A stretch of DNA of 64,000 nucleotides from a virus: IMG/VR virus record IMGVR_UViG_3300031841_003468, positions 32,001-96,000 of that record, one strand, 5' to 3'. Under the pieces are notes generated by a model. That model was given only the letters and a program-made list of their open reading frames with translations, was not told where the DNA came from and made no database searches. How positions within the stretch are numbered: position 1 is the stretch's first letter; every line of letters begins with the position of its first letter. Below are positions 29,255 through 37,863 of the stretch, one piece after another. The translations under genes were made by a program, and so were the position numbers.

Positions 29255-29921
29255 TTTTACACAGAATGAATCTGTTTCCTTTATCTCGATCTTGAATTGA
29301 GTGTCCGTTGTCTAGTAACCACTTCTCCATTGACTTCATAAAGAGCTCAGGCGTGCCGTGACAGCCCCAGTTACTAAAGCACTCAGTATGTACTATGTCA
29401 AAATACCTCGATATTACGTCCCTCATGTAAGCCCAGCTAAGCTCTCGTGGGTGAGGTGCATATGTGAATAGATCACTGCCCATTACCCAGTTGTACATAG
29501 TTCTGTAGCAGTGAGTATTGGGTGTAGAAATAAATAAGTGACCGCCGGGAATCAAAAGTTCCTGACAGTTCTGTAACATACCTTTAATACCTGAGCCAGT
29601 AAACGTATCAAACCCAGACTCACCAACTGGTAAATCTAGGTCTTTCAAATGCTCAATAACTTCCATACATAAAACTAAGTCGTAGTTATTATTGTCAACC
29701 GGTAATCGTATGTCACCAGTGAACTCAGTAAAGTCTATGTCTTTCTTTACAGAACAGAACATGTCTCTCCAGTAATCGCACTGACCAATATTGAGAACTC
29801 TCATTCCGTCTTGGAGAATTCCATTAGCAGCTAGATAGTGGATTGACATTTTGAATCGCTTGTTATGCGTATCAATATATTCTTTATTCATCTTCTTGCT
29901 CTTGCTGGAGAAGTTGTTCAT
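29235..29921 (-). CDS. class I SAM-dependent methyltransferase
   Basis: RVLNIG, YDLVLCMEVIEHL, LIPGGHLFISTPN. Confidence 0.88.
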   Translation of the reverse strand: MNNFSSKSKKMNKEYIDTHNKRFKMSIHYLAANGILQDGMRVLNIGQCDYWRDMFCSVKKDIDFTEFTGDIRLPVDNNNYDLVLCMEVIEHLKDLDLPVGESGFDTFTGSGIKGMLQNCQELLIPGGHLFISTPNTHCYRTMYNWVMGSDLFTYAPHPRELSWAYMRDVISRYFDIVHTECFSNWGCHGTPELFMKSMEKWLLDNGHSIQDRDKGNRFILCKNDGRKI

Positions 29922-29953
29922 GGTAATCTATTTCACCACTGAAGTATTCGTAT

Positions 29954-30166
29954 TTATCCATCTTCTTGTACCTCATATGTTTCTTGGAACCACTGATGTC
30001 CCTTAAATGTTCTCTTCCAAGTCCCTTTGCTCTTATCCCAGAACTGTTGGTACTTGAACTTGATTAGTCTCGTCTTATCATTGATCATAGCCCAGTGAGC
30101 TCTCATCTCTGCTAACTCTTCTGGATTGTCTGCCTCTTTTACAAATCTCTTTTTAGGTGGTGACAT
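29954..30166 (-). CDS. hypothetical protein
   Basis: GGAG RBS; overlaps the PMM stop. Confidence 0.55.
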   Translation of the reverse strand: MSPPKKRFVKEADNPEELAEMRAHWAMINDKTRLIKFKYQQFWDKSKGTWKRTFKGHQWFQETYEVQEDG

Positions 30167-30884
30167 TTAATAACTCCATTGTTCTTGCTGGACTATCTAC
30201 TGCATAAACCATATCGTTTCTACTTGTCATATGTTTAGCTAAGCAATAGTCATTGCCTTTGTTAGATATACTATCTCCAAAGAAAATTAGTTTTCCTTCA
30301 TTAAAGTAATCGTAGACCTGTCCCTTGTCCTTGCCTTGAGGATATATATCAATGGAAATATGTCCACCGATAGAGTAGTCTAAGTGAGGAAATTGCAGCA
30401 TTAGCTCTTCTGCAATCACAATTCGTTCACTTGGTCGTCCGGCCAGCTTCTCTGCTTCTTCCCATTCGTGATAGCCTCGTCTCTGCCAGTGGGTTGCTGC
30501 TCGACCGATAGTAGATATATTAACCATACCTTTTCGCTGCTCAATGTTTCCAATGGCTGTTCCCCACCAAGGGCTAGCCATCATTAGGCTCGTCGCCAGT
30601 ATCTTAAAGTCTCCACTAACCTTCCAGTCTGATGAATATACTAACTCACCTTTCTGCCATAGCTCATTGCCACAGTTCTGCCACACATTGTCACAATCAT
30701 TCCAGATCTCATGTCCTACCTGTTTGACTGTTTTATCTTTATCTGAACCTGTAATAATATTTACAGTATTGCCTTTCTTCTGCTCACCTTTCATCCAGCA
30801 CATAAACAATCCCCAATGCTCTCTTAGCATAGGGCGACGATGTGGTGTGAGTGTACCATCTACATCAAATAAATAATTTTTCAT
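30153..30884 (-). CDS. HAD-IIB phosphomannomutase (eukaryote-type PMM)
   Basis: FDVDGTLT, TGSD, IEQRKGMVNISTIGR, GGHISIDI, FFGD...GND. Confidence 0.9.
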   Translation of the reverse strand: MKNYLFDVDGTLTPHRRPMLREHWGLFMCWMKGEQKKGNTVNIITGSDKDKTVKQVGHEIWNDCDNVWQNCGNELWQKGELVYSSDWKVSGDFKILATSLMMASPWWGTAIGNIEQRKGMVNISTIGRAATHWQRRGYHEWEEAEKLAGRPSERIVIAEELMLQFPHLDYSIGGHISIDIYPQGKDKGQVYDYFNEGKLIFFGDSISNKGNDYCLAKHMTSRNDMVYAVDSPARTMELLNVTT

Positions 30885-31090
30885 AACCTAAGTAGTCCAT
30901 TTAATACAATAAAAAAACACATGATTAACGACACAAATGCAAAGCACCACATTACTCCACGTACTGTAGCCTTTGCCGCCTCACGCTCTTTCTCGGTTTT
31001 CATCTTTTCGATTAAGAGCTTGAGATTTTCCATAGCCTCTGGATCATTAGAGGCCCTCCATTCTCTGTATGGTGGTTTATAATTGCTCAT
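30881..31090 (-). CDS. small C-terminally anchored membrane protein
   Basis: C-terminal hydrophobic helix. Confidence 0.55.
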   Translation of the reverse strand: MSNYKPPYREWRASNDPEAMENLKLLIEKMKTEKEREAAKATVRGVMWCFAFVSLIMCFFIVLNGLLRL

Positions 31091-31457
31091 CCAACATTTT
31101 CATTTCCAGTTCATCTATGCAATAAGCATATAAAGCAGACTCAGCGTCTTCTTTTGTGTCCCAAAAGCCTTGACGTAATCCTGCCTCATCCCAGAAGAAC
31201 CATAGGTGCATGTGCGAGTCATATTCAATCATAAATTTAGCTCTTTCAATAGTTGAACGGCAATCCTATGCCTAGACACAGATACCTTCGTGGTATCAAT
31301 AATAATTTCACCTGTATCGTCCCACTTAGCAATAATGCCATCTGGTATATTATATACGGCAATGCCCGACCTTTTGATCAGTAATTCTTCATAATATTCT
31401 GTAACTGTAATATCATGTCTTCCGCATTTGATACACCAGATAGGCTTATTGTCTACA

Positions 31458-31988
31458 TCAAGCACCCGATGACAGCATGACATCTTCCAACTCATTCTCT
31501 TCTTCCTTCCACCACCACTGTGGCTCTGCACGATGCGTCCATACACATTTGAACGCAGCACGTTTGTTTACATTGTAGAAATGTCGATACGCTGACACTC
31601 CACACTCTTCTTTGAACTCATCCGGCATACACTGTGGTATCTTGGTCATCTCTGCATCTGGGATGTCAGGGATGTTGTCTGCACACCACTCGATAAGAGA
31701 TTGGCTTGCATGTACTTTACCATAGCGTAATGTATATTCTTCACATAGTGCTAACGCATGAATGATCATCCACTCATAGTTAGCTGTCGTTGTACGAACC
31801 CAGATAGTCGAAGGGTGGTTAAGGTGAGCCTGCTTGTAGAACTTTTCTGGTCGCTCTGCATCGCTAGGACACGCATGGTGAGCAGTACATAACATTTGGG
31901 CTGATTCTAGGATCATTTTCACCACATGCTTGTTGCATTGTGCTCGTGCCGCTTCTACTGGATCGTGGTCTAAGTAAAATATATTCAT
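31458..31988 (-). CDS. pyrimidine-dimer DNA glycosylase (DenV)-like protein
   Basis: MNIFYLD, HVVKMILESAQML, HLNHPS, PQCMPDE. Confidence 0.82.
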   Translation of the reverse strand: MNIFYLDHDPVEAARAQCNKHVVKMILESAQMLCTAHHACPSDAERPEKFYKQAHLNHPSTIWVRTTTANYEWMIIHALALCEEYTLRYGKVHASQSLIEWCADNIPDIPDAEMTKIPQCMPDEFKEECGVSAYRHFYNVNKRAAFKCVWTHRAEPQWWWKEEENELEDVMLSSGA

Positions 31989-32047
31989 AGTTGTGTCTCC
32001 TGTGTTAATGTATCTCCACCATATTATATAGGAAACATCGACATATG

Positions 32048-32248
32048 TCAATCTTTTGTTGAAAGAAACTCTAGAATATCTTCTAATTTTATCTTAGATT
32101 TTGTACCGTCATTCCATCGGATCGCTATGTACTGATGGTCTTCCTCATTGAAGTGGTCATCCATATTGCTTACACACCTAAGATATTTAGTATGACCTGA
32201 ATCCTGAACTGACTCTATTGCTATTCTTGTCATCCATTTTTTAGACAT
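32048..32248 (-). CDS. hypothetical protein
   Basis: Operon packing. Confidence 0.5.
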   Translation of the reverse strand: MSKKWMTRIAIESVQDSGHTKYLRCVSNMDDHFNEEDHQYIAIRWNDGTKSKIKLEDILEFLSTKD

Positions 32249-32513
32249 TAGGGAATATATCCTTAAATATAATTGTTAGCCAGTGTACTAAAGGTGGACT
32301 GAATGCCGCCAATGTAACACATATAGTAGCGAAAAAGAAGTCAGCCCAATCTATGATAGGCTTAGTATATTTGATACCTCTATCCCACTTAGGTTTTGAA
32401 TCAGTCTTAGGTGGTTCGTATGGATTACTCATCGTCCCATCCTCTCTAACAACCAGCCATTCATGGTCATCAGTATAATAACCAACATGGTCAGGGTGTT
32501 TGGGGTTATACAA
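32241..32513 (-). CDS. hypothetical membrane protein
   Basis: C-terminal TM helix. Confidence 0.5.
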   Translation of the reverse strand: MYNPKHPDHVGYYTDDHEWLVVREDGTMSNPYEPPKTDSKPKWDRGIKYTKPIIDWADFFFATICVTLAAFSPPLVHWLTIIFKDIFPNV

Positions 32514-32576
32514 TATATAATACAGTTAGCGACTGCGAGTACTGCACAGAATCGAGATGTTCGCATCCATCTCATA

Positions 32577-32945
32577 TTATCGACCGTACATGTCTTCTAT
32601 GCGTACAATGTCGTCTTCAGAAAAGATTCCACTTGGGGACAGTTGTACCTCAATAAAGATCATACCTTCTTCTCCACCAATAGCACGATGTGTAGCACCT
32701 AATGGGATGTGTCTGATGTCACCTGCCTTAACCTTACCTCTACTTGTACCGACTTGAACTTCTCCGCTACCACTGACAACAGTCCATACTTCGGATCTAT
32801 GGGTATGATACTGTAAGCTAAGTGCCGCACCGGGATTTACCCAGATTCTTTTCACCTTAGTATACTCAGTATCTAATAAGTTTTCAAACTTACCCCAAGG
32901 TCTTACCTCAGTATAGTTGCCACCAGTATTAGCCATTATATCCAC
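32577..32945 (-). CDS. mannose-6-phosphate isomerase type II cupin domain
   Basis: RPWG, VKRIWVNPGAALSLQYHTHRSEVW, EDDIVRIEDMYGR. Confidence 0.9.
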   Translation of the reverse strand: MDIMANTGGNYTEVRPWGKFENLLDTEYTKVKRIWVNPGAALSLQYHTHRSEVWTVVSGSGEVQVGTSRGKVKAGDIRHIPLGATHRAIGGEEGMIFIEVQLSPSGIFSEDDIVRIEDMYGR

Positions 32946-33123
32946 CCTTTTCTAGGTCAGTTAATAGTTCACAATAGTCTTTAAGTAAACGTTCGGCTGT
33001 AGGAGCATCCAGTTCACTATAGTCTCGTGCTTCCAGTCTGTATTTAATCTCGTTGATCTTATCTGTTACTGCCTGAATAAGCAGTTGATCAATCGGGATT
33101 GGTTCATATACTTCATCCATCAT
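32929..33123 (-). CDS. hypothetical protein
   Basis: GGAG RBS. Confidence 0.55.
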   Translation of the reverse strand: MMDEVYEPIPIDQLLIQAVTDKINEIKYRLEARDYSELDAPTAERLLKDYCELLTDLEKGGYNG

Positions 33124-33370
33124 CTTTCTCCGTTACAATGGTATCGTCAATCATATACATACCATCGAAGCATTCGCCACATATACTACTCAACATGATT
33201 TCTCGTTCATCTGGGGTAAGATAAGGAAATGCTTCTTGAATAGGTGCACCAGCTTCGTTCCAAGCGTAAAAGTCCAGTTCTTTAACATATAAAGTAACAA
33301 TCTTACTGCACATTGTACACTGGCAGTGTATTGCTTGACTATTTGTAGTATCCTTGCTCATCTTTATCAC
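33113..33370 (-). CDS. Cys-containing conserved phage protein
   Basis: CTMC...IQEAFPYLTPDERE...CGEC. Confidence 0.7.
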   Translation of the reverse strand: MIKMSKDTTNSQAIHCQCTMCSKIVTLYVKELDFYAWNEAGAPIQEAFPYLTPDEREIMLSSICGECFDGMYMIDDTIVTEKDDG

Positions 33371-33545
33371 TATCTCCCGTCTTATTCTTATGAAACTTCT
33401 TCCATTGTTTATAAATAGACTTTACCTCATTGTAAGCCTCGTCAGATGTTATATGTCCACCTTGTTCAAGGTCACATATAATACCCATATGAATACTCAG
33501 ACCCTTAAAAGGATCACCGTAGCTACTAAAGTCCACTTTCCTCAT
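33339..33545 (-). CDS. hypothetical protein
   Basis: LEQGGHITSDEAYNEVK; operon packing. Confidence 0.6.
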   Translation of the reverse strand: MRKVDFSSYGDPFKGLSIHMGIICDLEQGGHITSDEAYNEVKSIYKQWKKFHKNKTGDSDKDEQGYYK

Positions 33546-33729
33546 TATTAGATGTTCCTATGTGATTGGGGATTTCTAGATTCGCACTAAATTCTCTGCG
33601 AGCATGAATACATGCCTCTCTAGTATTATAGCCCTCAGACCTATATAGGACACGACTTTCTTCAGAAAAAGCCCAGAAACTCCATTGATGGTTGGTATTA
33701 ACCAATCCATAATTCTTAATTTTTATCAT
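33526..33729 (-). CDS. hypothetical protein
   Basis: GGGAG RBS. Confidence 0.55.
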   Translation of the reverse strand: MIKIKNYGLVNTNHQWSFWAFSEESRVLYRSEGYNTREACIHARREFSANLEIPNHIGTSNNEESGL

Positions 33730-33869
33730 TCTTCATCTCCCTAATAGTTTTTCTTAGTCGTTTAACAGTGTCTTCTAATTCTCGCTGTCTCTTAAGTAGG
33801 CGTTCATATCTGAACTCCCACTTAGCCTCTCGGCGTATACAGTCCTCACAATCAGGCTTTGGTATATTG

Positions 33870-34754
33870 TTATTCCACTCCACGATTCACCTCATTGATA
33901 ATAAATAGTGCATCAATCGGGGAAACAATGCCATCGCCAGTCACGTCAGGACTATTAGCAAAGTAAGAGTCGATAGGAGAATAGTCATCATTCAGCGTCT
34001 GCTCTGGAGTAACAGTGTTTGCTTCTGCTATAATATCTATAGCTTCTTCTGCAAATCTCTCGCCCAGAATCCTATATCCCTCGGAAGTATAGTGAAGATC
34101 ATTAGGACTATTAGAGAAGTCATTGAGATCATCAGTATCAACCCATCGGCCATTCATTTTATATTCTCGTAGTGCATTCCAAGTCGCAGCATCGTGTCTT
34201 GGCCCAGTAAAGTCAGATAGTCGTCCGTCAACTTTCTCAACCTCTACACCTGTCGCATCCGAGAGAACACTTAACATTCCAGTAAATGCTTCATCATATT
34301 CACTGATTGGTGTTCTTAGATACGAATCTCTTTCACCCTGCATCCACAGTAATGTTACTGAATCATACTCAGTATTCGGAATTTGAGATAAGATCTGATT
34401 CAGATAACCTACGGGACTGTCAGTATCCACATTATACCAGTCAGAAATCGGTCGGCCACCTTCATTAACCTTGATGTGATCTACGTTAACATTATTATCT
34501 TCAGCCCATGAGTTAGTATGCGTAGTAAAGTGTCCGAGATTCATCCCGGCCATATTAGACTGGCCTGATAATATAAATAGGTGATTAGAATCTTCTGGAA
34601 TCTCAACAATAGGTTCTGCATCGACACTATTGATAGCATTTATAACGATAAGTGCATCAATCGGACTCACATAGCCGTCATTGTTAATATCTAATTCTAA
34701 GTCTGCCGCTAATAACCGGCGATCTTCTAAACTCTCGAATCTTAATTTACGCAT
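33870..34754 (-). CDS. secreted SGNH carbohydrate esterase (SASA/CE6-like) with planctomycete N-terminal motif and two dockerin-like repeats
   Basis: MRKLRFESLEDRRLLAAD; DINNDGYVSPIDAL and DVTGDGIVSPIDAL; GQSNM, QGERD, DLHY catalytic motifs. Confidence 0.88.
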   Translation of the reverse strand: MRKLRFESLEDRRLLAADLELDINNDGYVSPIDALIVINAINSVDAEPIVEIPEDSNHLFILSGQSNMAGMNLGHFTTHTNSWAEDNNVNVDHIKVNEGGRPISDWYNVDTDSPVGYLNQILSQIPNTEYDSVTLLWMQGERDSYLRTPISEYDEAFTGMLSVLSDATGVEVEKVDGRLSDFTGPRHDAATWNALREYKMNGRWVDTDDLNDFSNSPNDLHYTSEGYRILGERFAEEAIDIIAEANTVTPEQTLNDDYSPIDSYFANSPDVTGDGIVSPIDALFIINEVNRGVE

Positions 34755-34755
34755 T

Positions 34756-34902
34756 CTATTTTCTCCTTCTTCCCCTGTATGCATCTATTATAATCTTTAT
34801 AGACTTGCATGTCAAGTAAAAAGTGATAGACAAAAAGCAAATTGTGGATATTAATCCTATCGTAACACATATATTAGGTGGATAGTGTAGCCAATCTATC
34901 AT
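34756..34902 (-). CDS. membrane microprotein (48 aa)
   Basis: MIDWLHYPPNICVTIGLISTICFLSITFYLTCKSIKIIIDAYRGRRRK; ATGA overlap with the upstream ORF. Confidence 0.55.
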   Translation of the reverse strand: MIDWLHYPPNICVTIGLISTICFLSITFYLTCKSIKIIIDAYRGRRRK

Positions 34903-35006
34903 TTAGACTGATGTCCTCTGTATATACAGTAAGCCATGAATCCTATCATGATTGTGGCTGCACAGCCCTTGAAAACAACATCCCAGAAATTAAGTAAGTC
35001 TTCCAT
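34899..35006 (-). CDS. membrane microprotein (35 aa)
   Basis: AAGGAG RBS; MEDLLNFWDVVFKGCAATIMIGFMAYCIYRGHQSK. Confidence 0.65.
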   Translation of the reverse strand: MEDLLNFWDVVFKGCAATIMIGFMAYCIYRGHQSK

Positions 35007-35007
35007 A

Positions 35008-35148
35008 TTAATTCTCCTTATCCCATCCGTGTGCGAGGCACCACACACTAAAAAGTAACCAAAACAAACACCAACATATTAAAAAACGTAGTAGGAAGTA
35101 ATTGAAACTAAAATCGTGCTCAAGGCCTCCGGCATCAGCAAATAACAT
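35008..35148 (-). CDS. membrane microprotein (46 aa)
   Basis: AGGGAG RBS; ...YFLLRFLICWCLFWLLFSVWCLAHGWDKEN. Confidence 0.65.
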   Translation of the reverse strand: MLFADAGGLEHDFSFNYFLLRFLICWCLFWLLFSVWCLAHGWDKEN

Positions 35149-35149
35149 A

Positions 35150-35254
35150 TTAGCTCCCTTCTAATTCTTTAATAGTCCTATTTCTTACATGTATAAACCA
35201 AATAGTGGTATATACAGCGGCGAATATTACATATATATCGTATTCAGTACTCAT
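35150..35254 (-). CDS. membrane microprotein (34 aa)
   Basis: MSTEYDIYVIFAAVYTTIWFIHVRNRTIKELEGS. Confidence 0.55.
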   Translation of the reverse strand: MSTEYDIYVIFAAVYTTIWFIHVRNRTIKELEGS

Positions 35255-35262
35255 ATTATATA

Positions 35263-35361
35263 CTATTCGTCCTTATTGTCAATATCTTTATAGTCGTAAT
35301 ATAAGAATATAAACCATATAGCTGTCAATATAGCCAGTATACCGCCCTCAAACATCTTCAT
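35263..35361 (-). CDS. membrane microprotein (32 aa)
   Basis: AAGGAG RBS; MKMFEGGILAILTAIWFIFLYYDYKDIDNKDE. Confidence 0.6.
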   Translation of the reverse strand: MKMFEGGILAILTAIWFIFLYYDYKDIDNKDE

Positions 35362-35428
35362 TACTCCTTGTTAATATATATATTAGTATGCCAGATATCA
35401 GTAATATAGCTATTGTGCCGTAATCCAT
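35348..35428 (-). CDS. membrane microprotein (26 aa)
   Basis: GAGG RBS; MDYGTIAILLISGILIYILTRSNEDV. Confidence 0.6.
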   Translation of the reverse strand: MDYGTIAILLISGILIYILTRSNEDV

Positions 35429-35429
35429 G

Positions 35430-35516
35430 TTAATAACCTCTTTTGTATATATCATATAGACAGGCACCTAATAATATACCTGCCAGCATACCAAAGCTAA
35501 ACCCTACCATAAACAT
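35430..35516 (-). CDS. membrane microprotein (28 aa)
   Basis: MFMVGFSFGMLAGILLGACLYDIYKRGY; starts 2 nt after the SET gene stop. Confidence 0.55.
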   Translation of the reverse strand: MFMVGFSFGMLAGILLGACLYDIYKRGY

Positions 35517-35518
35517 AA

Positions 35519-35863
35519 TTACTTCCATTCTTTTTCCGGCATCTCTAAATCGTCAAATTCCATATAGTCCGCAGTAAGCTCTTCACCTTCTGCTATATCC
35601 TTGCGAGCATATAAAGCAACGAAAGGACTTGGATGTTTACGATCTACATAGCAATTCGGCTCCCATGAATGATTATATAGATTGTTAGGCTTGAAGTTAA
35701 CATATGTATTAAACACACTATTCCACATGTGGGTGATATGAATGAAGTCTCCGGCAGGAATATCGACCTTAGCGAATAAACCTACCCCATGAATATCAGA
35801 ATCTCTTAATTCGATCCTTTCGTCCATTACACCTTTAGAGTTGAATGAATCACTCAGTCTCAT
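35519..35863 (-). CDS. SET-domain protein
   Basis: HGVGLFAKVDIPAG, NHSWEPN, DIAEGEELTADY. Confidence 0.9.
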   Translation of the reverse strand: MRLSDSFNSKGVMDERIELRDSDIHGVGLFAKVDIPAGDFIHITHMWNSVFNTYVNFKPNNLYNHSWEPNCYVDRKHPSPFVALYARKDIAEGEELTADYMEFDDLEMPEKEWK

Positions 35864-36442
35864 TTTCGTCTCCATGTTTCTCATAGTGCCAAATTGTGTT
35901 AGAGAGCCACTTCCGAGTGACTTTCTCGCCTTCCTCTACCTTTTGATTGATTTTAGCAGTAAGATAGAGCAGCATTTTATTGTCTACAGTGATTGATCTA
36001 AGCATTTTTCGTGCCTCCAGTACATTATATCCACCTACAGGAGGTAAAACAAATAAATTCTTGTAAAATATCGGTTTCTTTTCGTTTTCTCTGAGTTTTC
36101 TCCAGATTGGGCAAAAAACCCACAGAATTAAACCCCCTAGAAGTGAATTGGGCCAGCTAGTTTTACTAGGAACCAGTAATAAGTAACCCATATAGAATTA
36201 AATATGCAGAATGCCTCAAAACGCTTAAATCTTAGGTATTTTTCATCTTTCATGTATCTATCTCCCATAGAAGAACTATAAGTAAATAACCCTAAAGAAT
36301 AATAAGAAGAAACATGAGGATTTAGAAAAAACAGTGATTTGTATCTAGTACCAACACAACACACGCTACTATATAAAATAAGTACAAAATCCGGCCTAAA
36401 TTATATACTAAGTGATACAAAAACCCTCAGTTTCAGATTTAG

Positions 36443-36778
36443 TTATTCTCCTCCTAGTAGTTCTAGTATAATTTCTTTACCTTTATCAGGAATAATCTTA
36501 AGTTCAGTGTCAGTATGGCCAAAAAACCATGTTCCTTCACAATCTCCTTTAATTTCTGATGTCATTAGTCCCGATTTGGAACCATCCCCATTCAGGAGCA
36601 CCTTTTCGGTAAAGACAGACATTCTTCCCATCTGCCAGTCACCCAGCTTAAAGTCAGGACTCTTGTATCCAGCAGGCGAGCTGTACTCTTTGAAGATTTT
36701 TACTCTCTCTTTAACAATATTCTTAGGTTTGCCAAAGTGCTTGTAGATAGTTTTCTTGATTCGGTCTTCCATTTTCAT
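36443..36778 (-). CDS. hypothetical protein
   Basis: AAGGAG RBS; TTGACA/TATAAT upstream. Confidence 0.7.
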   Translation of the reverse strand: MKMEDRIKKTIYKHFGKPKNIVKERVKIFKEYSSPAGYKSPDFKLGDWQMGRMSVFTEKVLLNGDGSKSGLMTSEIKGDCEGTWFFGHTDTELKIIPDKGKEIILELLGGE

Positions 36779-37039
36779 GCTAGTCTCCTTTTCTTTTAGC
36801 AGGTTAGTATGCCATCATTATAACATACTTGCACAGGTTGTCAATAGATTATTTTAATTTATCTGAGATTATTATTACGGGTAACATTATAAGTAGAGAT
36901 ATATGTACTGGGAACTGCACGGTAAATAATATAGCTAGTGCTCCAGTAACAATTCTATTTCTGCTAGTTATTATAGTAGGCTGTTTCATAAATTTCAAAA
37001 ACTCATTACAGTTTGATTCTTTAGTTTCTTTCTGCCCTT

Positions 37040-37067
37040 ATTATAGGTATATCGGCACATAAGTCAA
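37040..37067 (-). promoter_or_regulatory. early sigma70-type promoter
   Basis: TTGACT-N16-TATAAT with GCCGAT in the spacer. Confidence 0.7.
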
Positions 37068-37659
37068 CCATCTGTACTGACTTTTTCAAAAATATCCATA
37101 TTTATTCTGGAGGCTAATATATATACTAGGACGGAACAAATGTTTCGGGTGTATCCTTTTGATGACATATGCTCCAAACTGTTATCAATTTGAATACACT
37201 TTCGGAATACTATATATCTTTCGGGGGAATTATTGGCCGGAACAAAATAATTATGTGCAATTTGGCTCAAAACTAACTATAATAGAAACGTAAGGAGTTT
37301 CAATTAGTCAGTACTCTTATCTGTTACTAAATGTGGAACTTACCTAACGCTAAATCGAAAACTAACTACCCCACTTGGTTTATCGGTTTTTAGCAGAAGT
37401 AAATGAATAGATGAAGTAAGTTAATATATATTTCTAAGACAGTTGGTAGATCAAACATTTATTTTCCTTTTACTCTGCTACTCTTATTCGTGGACTAATA
37501 CTCGTTCTTTGTAGTATATATTCTTAAGTCCAACTCAACACACATTTTTTTTACGTTCCTATTTTCGCTGGCTATTAAGATATAGAGGGAGTCTTATACG
37601 GTTAGCTTGTACAATGGTGAATAATTCTTAATAAATATAGTTCTTTGTGTAATATATTA

Positions 37660-37832
37660 TGTGGACACGTAGCAAAACAAAATTTCCTCACTGTTTTGCC
37701 GGATTTTACGATAAACAACAATTATATCCGTGTGTGCAAGGCGACTTGTATACATAATTATCGGATCTCCGATTAGTGTCATCGCTGTCTCCTCGGCCCG
37801 TATGCGTTGTTTAGCGTTACGGGCCTTTTTTT
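37660..37832 (+). ncRNA. candidate small RNA or leader ending in an intrinsic terminator
   Basis: GTGTAA/AT-rich motif at 37647; stems GACAC/GTGTC, GCAAAACA/TGTTTTGC, TGTGTGCAAG-GCGA-CTTGTATACA, ATCGGA/TCCGAT; terminator GGCCCGTA...TACGGGCC-T7. Confidence 0.55.
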
Positions 37833-37863
37833 ATGTCGCAACAATGAGTTATGGGAGTATCAC

